NCBI RefSeq assembly: GCF_964194155.1
Contig: NC_135900.1
Span: 58,280,001 to 58,344,000, forward strand
Source of the DNA: Cetorhinus maximus
Lineage: Eukaryota
Direction of reading: 5' to 3'
Length of the DNA: 64,000 nt
Made by a program: the position numbers and the translations under genes
The notes under the pieces: model-generated
Told to the model about the DNA's origin: nothing
Seen by the model: the letters and a program-made list of their open reading frames with translations, nothing else
Database searches by the model: none
Shown: positions 12,900 through 23,988 of the stretch, piece by piece
How the letters are laid out: each line of letters starts with the position of its first letter
How positions within the stretch are numbered: position 1 is the first letter of the stretch

Positions 12900-13100
12900 C
12901 CTAGGCCCAACCCGGGGGGGGTTATGTCCCCGAGTATTTGCTGACCTCCGACTCGGGTTCCCCGCCGCCGGCCTCTCCCGTACTGGAGCTCAGCTGTTGT
13001 GAGTGGAGCCATAGCAACCGCCGCGACACTGGTGCGCGTGCGCCTTCAAACTGCGCCTGCGCTCTGCCGACACGTTCCCCATTGTGAGGGTGCTGACCTG
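12900..13100 (-). promoter_or_regulatory. CpG-rich promoter and putative first exon of IQUB, with an RFX X-box and two NRF1-like motifs
   Basis: CpG-dense patch; ggagccatagcaac (13005-13018) resembles the X-box GTTGCCATGGCAAC; tgcgcgtgcgc (13033) and tgcgcctgcgc (13052); candidate minus-strand donor GAG|gtcagc at 12946/12945. Confidence 0.55.
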
Positions 13101-13498
13101 AGCTCGTGTTTGTAAAGTGCAGTCGTGGCCAGAAATGATAGCTCTCTACTCTCAATTACCTTGAGGCAATTTTTAGAGGAGGTGTCCCTCAGAATCATAC
13201 GACACAGAAGGTGGCTCTGCGGACTCTTTGAAAGAAACAACTTGCATTTATAAACTTTGCAACTTTGAAAGTGCTGTCCACTTTAGTCCCACATCTCATT
13301 CGTTATCACTGTGCAAATTAATACTCCACAAATGCATGTCTAATTGCTCTTTAAAAGATCCTTTGCAAGCTGATTCCACTACCTTTTCAGGTATCCTGTT
13401 CCTAATATTAACAATCCTCTCCATGAAGAAATATCTCACTTTCCCTCTAATTCTTTTGCCAATTATTTTAAATCTATGACCTCTGGTTACCAACTCAC

Positions 13499-13882
13499 TT
13501 TTTTATTTTCATGGGATGTGGGCATTTTGTTGCCCACCCCTAACTGCCCTTGAACTGAGTGGTTTGCTGGGCCATTTCAGAAGGCAGTTAAGAGTTAACC
13601 ACATTGCTGTGAAGTTGGAGTCACATGTCAGCCAGACCTGGTAAGGGTGGCAGATTTCCTTCCCTAAAGGACATTAGTGAACCAGATGGGTTTTTATAAC
13701 ATTCAATGATGGTTTTGTGGTTTCTGTTACTGAGATTAGCTTTTAATTCCTGATCTTATTCATTGAATTTAAAATTCCACCAGCTGCTGCTGTTGGTGGG
13801 ATTTGAAGCCATGTCACCAAAGCATTAGTCTGGGCCTCTAGATTACGAGTCCAGTGACATAACCATTCCACCATTGTGTCCC
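13499..13882 (-). mobile_element. tRNA-derived SINE (elasmobranch HE1/SacSINE-like) within a CR1 fragment (~13190-14330)
   Basis: Reverse-complement homology to the SINE at 36801-37155. Confidence 0.75.
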
Positions 13883-16808
13883 TCAAAAGAGGAAATATTG
13901 CCAGAGGAAATAGTTTCTCCCTTTTTACCTAAACAAAACCCCTGAATTTTAATTGTACCTATTTGGTCTCCCCTTTCAGTTCCCAGGAGAACAATCCCAG
14001 CTTCTTCAGTTTCACCACATAACTGACCTCACTCATCTTCAGTCTCATTTTGGTAAACTTCCCCTCTACCTTCTCCAGAAACATTCTTCCTAAAGTATGG
14101 TGATCAAAATTATACACAGTACTCCAGCTGGGCCCTTAGAGATTTGTAAAGGTTTAGCATGACTCCTTTGTTTTTGTATTCAATGACTGTCTTTACAAAG
14201 CTAAGTAACACATGTACTTTCTTAACCACTTCAACTTGCCCTGCCACCTCCAAAGTTTTATATGTGCACACAGGTTCCTCAGCTCTTGCATTATCCTCAA
14301 AATAGTACCAGATACTACCTCTCCATGTTATTTCTCCAAATCCCTTTTCCAAAATATCATAAACATCACTCACCATTGAGCAACACATCTTAAGTGAAAA
14401 GCAAAATGCAGCATATGCCAGAAATACTAAACAAAAATAGAAAAAGTTGTAAACAAACAGCAGGACTTAAAGCTGGTTTTGCAGGTAACATTTTTTTTAC
14501 CTTTTATCAAAAATTTATGTGGGGGTAGTAAAAATTTGAGTGTTAGAGTTACCATAATAAACTGAAGCACATGCAACCATAAAAATAATTAGAGAGTTTT
14601 TGGAGAGACACGTGAAATGACAAAAGCCCCTTCACCCCGATCCCACTGCAAGAAACTATATTTGCCAACCTTGTACAAACAAGAAGTAGGCCATTTGGCC
14701 CCTCGAGCCTGCTCCGCCATTTAATAAAATCATGGCTGATCTGATAGTAACCTCAAATCTGCATTCAGCCTACCCGATAACCCATTGCTTACCAAGAATC
14801 TATCCACCTCTGCGTTAAAAATACTCAAAGACTCTGTTTCCACTACCCTCAGAAAAAATTTCGTCTCATCTCCGTTTTAAATAGGTGATGGTTTATTTTT
14901 AAACAGTGACCCCTAGTCCTAGATTTTCCTACAAGAGGAAACATCCTCTCCATATCCACCCTGTCAAAACCCCTCAGGATCTTATATCTGCCAGAAATCT
15001 GCCATCCTTACCAGGTATGGCCTACATGTGACTCCAAATTCACAGCAATGTGGTTAATTCTTAACTGCCCTCTGAAATGGCCCAGCAAACCACTCAGTTC
15101 AAGGGCAATTAGGGATGGGCAACAAAATGCCCACATCCGCATTGGGAGCAGCGAATGCAGTAGACCAAATTGAAGGAGATGCAAGTGAAGCATTGCTTCA
15201 CCTGAAAGGTGTGTTTGGGCCCTTGGACGCAGAGGAGGTAAAGGGGCAGGTGTTGCACCTTCTGTGATTGCATGGGAAGGTGCCTTGGGAGGGAGATGAG
15301 GTGATGGAGCAGTGGACCAGGCTGTCCCAGAGGGAATGGTCCCTACGGAACGCTGACAGGGAGGTGAAGGGAAGATGTGTTTGATGGTGGCATCATGATG
15401 GAGTTGGCGGAAATGGCGGAAGATGATCCTTTGAATGCAGAAGCTGGTGGGGTGAGAAGTGAGGGCAAGAGGAACCCTATCATGGTTCTGGGCGGGGGTG
15501 GGGGGGGCGGATAGGAAGGTGTGAGGGAAGAGGGACAGGAGATGAGTCGGGCCTGGAACAGAAAATGCTGGAAAAAACTCAGCAGTCTACTCCCTACAAT
15601 TCCCTCACAATAAATGATAACATTCTATTAGCTTTCCTAATTACTTGCTGTACCTTCCTCTCGCCTTTTGCAATTCATGCACCCGGATCCCTCAGGGCTC
15701 TGCAATCTTTCACCATTTAGATAATATGCTTCTCTTTTATTCTTCCTGCCAAAATTGTAAAATTTATTCAGTTTTGTTAGCTTTACAACTCTGAGGCAGA
15801 AATTGGGTAATATCAGAACTCTGTGCAAATGTCCATGTCACTAATTTCAGTTGGGGTGCATTTTGAATGAAAAAGCTTATATTTTTAAGAACACCACCAT
15901 CTCCATGGTGCATTCCAAAATGTTTTATAGCCAATGGGTTATTTTTGAAGTACACAAGGACCCAGTTCACAATTTGCTCCAGAGGTGCATCAGCTGACAG
16001 TGACTTCTAAGCGCCTTGGAAAACTGCCTAAAATAGGTGAACTCCAATATACTAATCAGGGGCCTAACACCCCAAACTGGGTGCAGAGGAACAGGCAGGC
16101 ATTTTGGTTTTCATTTACCTTGAGTTAGAAAGGGGCTGACTCTCCTAGCTCCACAGCAATTCTTTCACTTTGTGTTGTCTCCACTACTTTCCCAGGATGT
16201 ATCTGCAGGACAGCGCGACATCCAAGCTGGATGATGTTGGGGAGGCCCAGTACAGTAAACTGCATTCAGAAGCCCAGTTGGCACCTGTAGCTCACTGGTA
16301 TTATTGAAATGCAGTCCAGTTTGGAGCAGGCCATGGAATCCCACCTTTAGATGTACATTTCAACACGCCACAAATTTAGGGCTGGTTCCCAAAAATTAGC
16401 CCAATTTCTCCCCTATCAGTTGAGTTTGAAAGAAATAGGGGAAGGCAAGGTTCTGAATGTTATTCAGCAATCTCGCCACTAAGTGCACCTGGATGGCGAG
16501 CAGGGGCAGGAATTGGTTTGTCTGCAATGCCCTCCATGGTTAAAACTCACTGCTCACTGTCCAGGCTCATTCACAAGAGAATGACAACTTGGGCAAAATG
16601 CCAGAGGAAAACTGGTATCCAAATCCCACCCAGCAAGAGGTCAATATGAGTAAATGAGGAGCAAGTTGGCAGAAAGGAAATGCTGCTTCATTGCAAAGCA
16701 GATTATTCTGCAATGTGCACAGGAATAAAAAGGTGCATTTATAGTTCACATCAGATATTGTGGCATGGAAAAATTCAAAATGAAGCAAAGAACATGTCAG
16801 AGATTCAT

Positions 16809-16814
16809 TTTAAT
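16809..16814 (-). terminator. Candidate polyadenylation signal ATTAAA for NDUFA5
   Basis: ATTAAA on minus about 75 nt after the stop codon. Confidence 0.4.
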
Positions 16815-16889
16815 AACATTTATACCGGTTGGAATTGACAGAACAGACAGTATGGTTTTTCAAATAAAGCAAAGTAATTTACATAAAGT

Positions 16890-16991
16890 TTAAATTGGCC
16901 ATTTCCATTGGTTGTGAGGAGCTTCTTCTATTAATGGTTCCCAAGGTTTCCACTTGGCCATTTTATGTGCCAGAGAGAGTTCATCCTCAGC
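16890..16991 (-). CDS. NDUFA5: NDUFA5 exon 5 (last coding exon)
   Basis: ttccag|[36 protein letters not shown]; matches the NDUFA5 C-terminus. Confidence 0.97.
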   Translation of the reverse strand, partial: AEDELSLAHKMAKWKPWEPLIEEAPHNQWKWPI

Positions 16992-18002
16992 CTGGAATTG
17001 AAATATAAATCAGTATCCAACAGTATTTTAATATCACTTCAAACACAACATTTTAGCATTTCAATTGATTTATGCTTTTCAACTCCCACCAAAGAATTAA
17101 GACTAACTGCTCCCAACCACTAGCTTAGTCTTAACAATTGGAAGCTTAGAAAGATATCAGGGACTACGATTCAATTAGTTGCCATCACCCTCCAGAAATA
17201 TTTCACAACATATTTAGCCATTCACTAAGTCATGTTTGATAAAGATGATTCTTTTCATAAGGAGCTTCTCAGAAAAAAAATTGTACATGTTCTGCTCCAG
17301 CCTGGCAGTTTTTAAAAGTTATTTTGTTGAGATAAATAACTCAATAGTCTCAAAGCAAAAAGGAAAACAATGCTGAATAGTGTTTAAATTACTTTTTCTT
17401 TGATCCCATAATGTCTTGCCATCAATAATGAACCTGTGCAATACAGTGGTTAAAAAAGGGCAAAGTTAAAGTTGGGCAAATGGTTACAAACTAAAATCAG
17501 GAAATAAGTATTCTGTTATTCTCAGCTGCCAACTTTAGGGTGTAATGGTCTTTTTGGTTATTCTGAGTGCGCCAGAATTTGCACGTCAAATTCATACCAA
17601 GAATATCCCTTTAATTAACATGTATTAATGAATAAACCTGAAGTGACACCACCTGTCAATAATGCTGTATCATGACACACCAAGAATGTTGAATATTTGA
17701 CGAGCATGGTCATCTGAATACATAACTGAAATTTTTATTTCAAAGTGATTACACGCTGTGATCTGCACTGTCCTCAGATGCCAGTTATAAACTGCCTGCA
17801 CTTCAGCTGAGTGTCTCAAATGGATGACAGTCCCATCGTCCATAATTCCTAACCTGAAAATCAGCTAGACAGACACAAGTAGTCAAATTCAGGAAGTCTA
17901 TTTTGCAGAGCGCCACAAATGCTCAAAGGCGTCAATTTTTTTGTACATTTATGTGCCTTTTAAAATTTTGTTTAAATATGCTCCAGTGAAGTAGTTTGGA
18001 TC

Positions 18003-18372
18003 TTGTTTTTTTTATTTATTCTTTCATGGGATGTAGGCAAGGCCAGCATTTGATTCCCATCCTTAATTGCCCTTGAACTGAGTGGCTTGTTAGGCCATTT
18101 CAGGGGGCAGTTAAGAGTCAGCCAAATTGCTGTGGGTCTGGAGTCACATGTAGACCAGGCCAGGAAAGGACAGCAGGTTTCCTTCTCTAACGGACATAAG
18201 TGAACCAGATGGGTTTTAATGACAATTGGTGATAGTTTCATGGTCAGCATTGCCGAGACTCAATTCTGAATTTTATTAATTGAATTTAAATTCCACCAGC
18301 TGTCGGTGGTGGGATTTGAACTTGTGTCTGGATTACTAATCTAGTGACATGACCCCTATGTCACCATCTCCT
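18003..18372 (-). mobile_element. tRNA-derived SINE (same family as 36801-37155)
   Basis: T-tract tail, conserved body, head with B-box-like gttcaaatcccacc. Confidence 0.8.
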
Positions 18373-19352
18373 CTATATTAAAAGGAATTATGTAAATACA
18401 CGTTGTTGTTGCCTCTAATTAGAGTGCAATAAATTATTATAAATTCCAAAGATCCAAATAAAAGTCACGCTAAATGTTTCTTCCACATTACCTCCAATAA
18501 TTGGAGAGAATTAATGCATTTTTATCACAAAGTTTAACACATAAATGTGGTATCAAAGACCATCAAAATACAAAACCTATTCATTCATCAGAATAGGAAG
18601 TGTAAAGGAAAAAGATAATTTCAGGGTTCAAGTGCTGTAGCTCCAAGTAGATTTTACCTTTGAAAAAATTCTATAAGTTGGGAATACTGCTCTGAATTCA
18701 AGATGGCAGGGCTTAATTGAAATTAATTCGCAAAATTAGAACAGTCTCTAGATGTTTACTTGTAATAATGCATTAATAATATATTTAATGAAATATATTA
18801 TTCTTACTGTTTTCTGTATTTCTACAGACTTCACTGTCAATCATTCTTTTAGCTCTTTCCGACATTTCAAAGACTAGGGTATTAATTTACTATCAGTGCA
18901 ATCTGTGCTCTCCTTGAATATATACAGAATGGCACAGGTAGTGATTCTTCTTTCATCTCAAACTGGATACAATCAAGTTTCCGAAATCCCACTTGTTGAT
19001 TTGCAAGTGTTATAATTTACAATCCACCATGTGATATCCTTTAACAGCTGGGTCAGTTAACACAATAATGTGTTTTACTCTAGGAATACGGTAATAAAAT
19101 ATACACATTAGAAATATTCTGCCAAAGTACCAATTCATGTTAGGGTATAATTCCACAGTATTTAGAACCATTTAGTACCTCACCTAAATGATGTTTCCTG
19201 TATGTATGAAGCTGGATGGTGGGTGTAGACTACGTATTCAACTATGGGATGCATCACAACTAAGACCAAACCCACTATTAGAAATATGAAGTTTGTAAGA
19301 TGATGTTGTTTTGGGACTGCCTTTAATTTAGGGTAAATTGCAAGAGTGAAGG

Positions 19353-20262
19353 TGTCATGTGACCTGTTCTGAAGTTGCAAGACATTCACACCTGTAAACA
19401 ATAAACAGGGCAGCTGTGCTGATGGTGGATAGACTGTTGGTCTCCAAGTCACAGGGAGGGATTAGGAATGTCAGGTTTGGTAAACTGTTATACTTTAAGC
19501 TGTCTATTTAGTTCTAAGGTAGAATGGAGTTGGGGGGTCAAGAGGATAGCTTATTAGCATTTCTACCTGGATAAAAGGCCCATGTGATTCACGTTGCCAT
19601 GCCGCTGGGCTTTGAGACGGGAAGAGACCATAGCAAACCATTGTAGGATCAGGTTGTGGGGTTTTTCTTAAGATACACCTGAACCTCACAGACAGGTCAG
19701 TCTTCAAAAATCTGGGAGAGATCAGAAAGATACAGGCAGCTGGTCCTGCATCTTAAGCAGAGAAAATGCTGGCTCTGTTGGTCAACACGCAAAATGCAGA
19801 TGGGAGCACACACTCAGATTGAAGAGACTGACTTCACGAGGATTTAAACAAGATTGGAAGATTTGTCTAATTTGGCTAGAATGAAGAAATCTCCAAATTG
19901 TCTTTCACTGTGAAAGTCAGTTCAGGGATTTGAAATTATCCAGCTGGAAAAGGAAAAAGGAAACAAGCTATAGGGAGCTGAGAACAGCTTTGGACTGGTT
20001 CCTGGAGAATGAGGTGTCCGATTAAGGGACAGAGTAAAGTATAACCAAGGAGGGGGATATTCTGCCATTTTAAAAGTTAATTGGGGTTTTTTTTTGTAGT
20101 TTAGAGTGTATGTTGCCTATTGAAGAGTGTTTAGATAATGTTATTTAGTTTATTACAGTAAAAGTCTTTAAACTTCAAATCTTGTCATGTGATCCTTCCA
20201 GTCAGTCACTGGAAATTTGAATATCTTTCTAAAAGTTATCGGTCTTTACTGGGATCATAACA
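19353..20262. mobile_element. Possible solo LTR
   Basis: tgtcatg...cataaca termini about 900 bp apart; no clean TSD found. Confidence 0.35.
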
Positions 20263-20713
20263 CCATCTTCATCCAAAATCTACATATTGGATTTCTAGTA
20301 ATGACCACCGAATAGCGATTAGGCAGGAGAAGTCAGGCTGCACCTCCCTAGCCCAAGTAGCTGAGGCCAAGTGCAATCACCCCAGCCTAGATCAGCTAGC
20401 CGAGCACAGATGAAGAACCCAAGACCTAGGGTGTGCCTTCCACTGATATTATAAGCTGGGTAGGCTGCCAATGTTACAGAATGTGTAGTTATACAATGAA
20501 AACAGAAGAAAATGCACTACAAACAGAATCTGGACCAAATATGTGCAAAATTCAAACACAAGACACAGGATAGCAATGATATTGAAGGATGGAAGTCCTC
20601 TCCATTTTGAGAGGAAATTCCTGACATGATAGTTCCTTCTGCTGCTGAAAGTCTGTACTAAATACATTCTACTGATTTTCATGTGGGCCTTAAATACTCC
20701 AGCAGTGACATAC

Positions 20714-20779
20714 CTGTGAAATGACTTCCTCTATCTGCCCACAGTTGATTTTGTCTTCCAGCTTTTGAACATCATGCTC
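20714..20779 (-). CDS. NDUFA5: NDUFA5 exon 4
   Basis: ttgcag|EHDVQKLEDKINCGQIEEVISQ|gtatgt; 66 nt. Confidence 0.96.
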
Positions 20780-20849
20780 CTGCAATATACAATACAGGAC
20801 AGGTGACTTGAAATGAACATTTGTGTACAAGGTCTCACTTCCTGTAGGT

Positions 20850-21530
20850 GTTAGGAAGGATGTTCCAGGATTTCAACCCAATGACAATGAAGGAACAGCG
20901 ATATAGTTCCAAGTCAGGATGGTGTGTGGCTTGAAGAGGAACTTGCAGGTAGTAGTGTTCCCATGCAGTTGCTGCACTTCCAGGTGTTAAAGGTCATGGA
21001 TTTGGAAGGTGCTATTGAAGGAAGCTTGGTGAACTCCTACAGTGCATCTTTTAGATGGTGCACACTATTGCCACTATGCATCGGTGGTGGTGGGGGAATG
21101 TTTAATGTGGTGGATGGGTTGCTGATCAAGCAGCTTGCTTTGTCCTGGATGGTACTGAACTTCTTGAATGTTGTTGGAGCTGCAAACATTCAGGCACGTG
21201 AGAGTATTCCATCACAGTCCTGACTTGAGCCTTGTGATGGTAGACATGTTTGGGAAGACTACTCTCCACAACATTCCCAGCGCCTGATCTGCCCTTGTAG
21301 CCACAATATTTATATGGCTGGTCCAGTTAAGTTTCTGGTCAATGGTAACCCCCAGGACGTTGATAGTGAGGGATTCAGCAATAGTAATGCCATTCAACAT
21401 TAAGCGGAGATGGTGAGATTCTCTATTGTTGAGGATGGTCATTTCCTGCCACTTGTGTGGCAAGAATGTGACTTGCCACTTATCAGCCCAAGCCTGAATG
21501 TTGTCCAGGTCTTGCGCAAGCGGCACTGCA
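20850..21530 (-). mobile_element. CR1-group LINE fragment
   Basis: ORF 21212-21526 QDLDNIQAWADKWQVTF..LGVTIDQKLNWTSHIN. Confidence 0.8.
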
Positions 21531-21996
21531 TTGGGTGGGGGGGTGGGGGCAACAAAAAAAAATTAATCTTCACCTAGCACACAGTGTAAGACAAGGCAAA
21601 CTTAACTCAATTTAGAATGTATAGTATATTTCCAGTAAAGTGAGCATTACTATTAAGAAAACACATTCCTTAAATATCTTTACCTATAGCTTTTGGTATC
21701 ACCTTATTATCCTTGATCACTACAATTGTCTGAAAAATATGCAGTATTCAAATGTTGTGTCCCCATAAACATTGAAAAAACGTCTTTCATTTGTTGCATA
21801 ACATTTATTACCCTTAATTAATGTCATACCATAAGTAATACATTATATTTATTTTTTTTAATCAATCTTACAGAGTTTAAGAATTTCAAAAGAAAGACAG
21901 TTATGGGCCTTGAAAAAATACTCAAATGAAACATAACTGATCCATTTGGCAAACAATACGCCATTGATTAAAAACAGTTAAATCAAGCTGGCTTAC

Positions 21997-22113
21997 CGAT
22001 TTTACCAAGTTAAACCTTTCACTGATGATCTGCTCGGTGTACTTCCTATAGGCTGCATCCTGAGGGATGGATTGCAGGACAGCAAGAATTCTGGTGTACA
22101 GGATTCTCAATGA
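21997..22113 (-). CDS. NDUFA5: NDUFA5 exon 3
   Basis: tttcag|SLRILYTRILAVLQSIPQDAAYRKYTEQIISERFNLVKS|gtaagc; 117 nt. Confidence 0.97.
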
Positions 22114-23434
22114 CTGAAAGTAAACAATACAAAAAGCATTGGGGCATTAATTCTTTTGTGGCTTATTTCTCTTCTTTTAGTCTCCCCAAACTCTCTCTGG
22201 CAGGCAGGACAGACTGCAAGGTTGCAATCCCATCAGATAGCTAATTATATCGTTCAGTCGTCTTCGGTTTTCCCTTTTGTCAAGGAACATTCATCCTCTA
22301 CATGGTACCTCCCAGTTGCTGTACCAGTTTGAAATTTGGGACTGTTCGGGTGATATAATTAAGTTTCCAAACTAGTGATAGCAATAGGTTCTATTTAGGT
22401 GGATAAGTTAGATAAGGAGGGGAAAACTAGTGGTATGAGAATAAAAGATGGAAAGAGGGTCAGGTTAAATGTCAAGACGTACTTTTTTCACAGAGACATC
22501 CATTACCAAAACAAGTGGTAAGTACGGGTGGTATGAACTCACTGCAGTCCTTCAAAGAGGGAACTGGACAATTGAGGAGATCCCCAGTTTCGGAAGATAA
22601 GTGGAGAGGTAGCTGTAATTTCGCGGTTTCTTTACTAAATCGGCTTAGTTTCTTTGCCTTTCCCAGGTGTGTGAGAAGAACTGTGTTCACAAATTTTCAT
22701 CCTCCCACACTGACACTAAACAATGCAGCTCCAGCGCAGTGTACATCGAATTAGCCTCAACCTTTCTCTTAATGTCTTGATGAAGCTGGCAGTTGCCTTG
22801 AATGAAATCCCAAACATTGCCAGGTGAAATCAACATGAAAGATCTCAGGCAATTAATATATTAAAACCAAAGAAGAAACATATTCCAGACACAACAGACA
22901 ATCCTCTTCTTCAAAGGTCAGAACTCCCACATCTAGTGCATGCACTAGTTTTTGAATATCATACAAATAACAGATTCAGTCTTTAACTGGGAAGCATACC
23001 ACTAAATGTTCAATAAAAGAACTTGGGGAAAAAAATTGTGAATTCTGCACCAACATCAATGCCATCTCACTGTTTTGCCTCATGGATTGTCTCTCAGATA
23101 AATTAAGTTACAGAATCAATATTTTTTGGAAGTCTCAATGTTAATTTACTACAAGCCTAGATTAGTTATTTCCCCAAGGATTATTCTGACCAGCCAGTCC
23201 AGTCATTTTCAATACAACAGAAAGGTTGCTTTCTCTCTCTCCTTGATCAATACTGATGAAATATACTTTTCAAAAGGAAGCTGATGTTTGAATTCCAATC
23301 ATATTTGAGGCTTTACTATGAGAAATTTAACAATGACAAGGACTGTACCAGATCACACCTCATTTGGTACACTTTACAACACATGGAATTGTACATGTTA
23401 CAGGACTCAAGGCAAAAATATACAAAAAAAATAC

Positions 23435-23479
23435 CTCATGAGGATTCTGGGCCACAGCAAGACCCACCAACCCAGTGGT
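23435..23479 (-). CDS. NDUFA5: NDUFA5 exon 2
   Basis: ctgcag|TTGLVGLAVAQNPHE|gtattt; 45 nt. Confidence 0.96.
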
Positions 23480-23689
23480 CTGCAGGAAAGAAAAGAAATA
23501 AGATTAATATGTTCTGGTTCCAAAGAAGAGTCATATTGGACTTGAAATGTTAACTCTTGTTTCACTCTCCACAGATGCCCCCAAGTCCTGCTGAGTTTTC
23601 ACCACTCTTTTTACTTCAGACCAACATTTGCAGTGTTTTGCTTTTATTTTAAAATTAATGTGTTATGTTTCCACAAGCATATTTTGGCC

Positions 23690-23957
23690 TCCACTATATT
23701 CCCCCTACTTCTCTCAGACACCTTCCTCCTACACTTTTCTCTCTCCCCAGATCCACCTCTCCGTCAATTGTTTTGCTCCATACATATCTTTCTCTCTCCT
23801 TCCTCCTTTCCCTTATTTATTGCTCCTCTTATATGTTTTCCCCATCGCTTTTCCCCTATATTACTCCCTCTCCTTTCCCTCAATCTCCATATCCTTTTTT
23901 CCTGACATTAATATTTTCTATCACTGTCCTTCCCCTATATATTTGTTATTCTCACTC

Positions 23958-23988
<31 letters not shown>

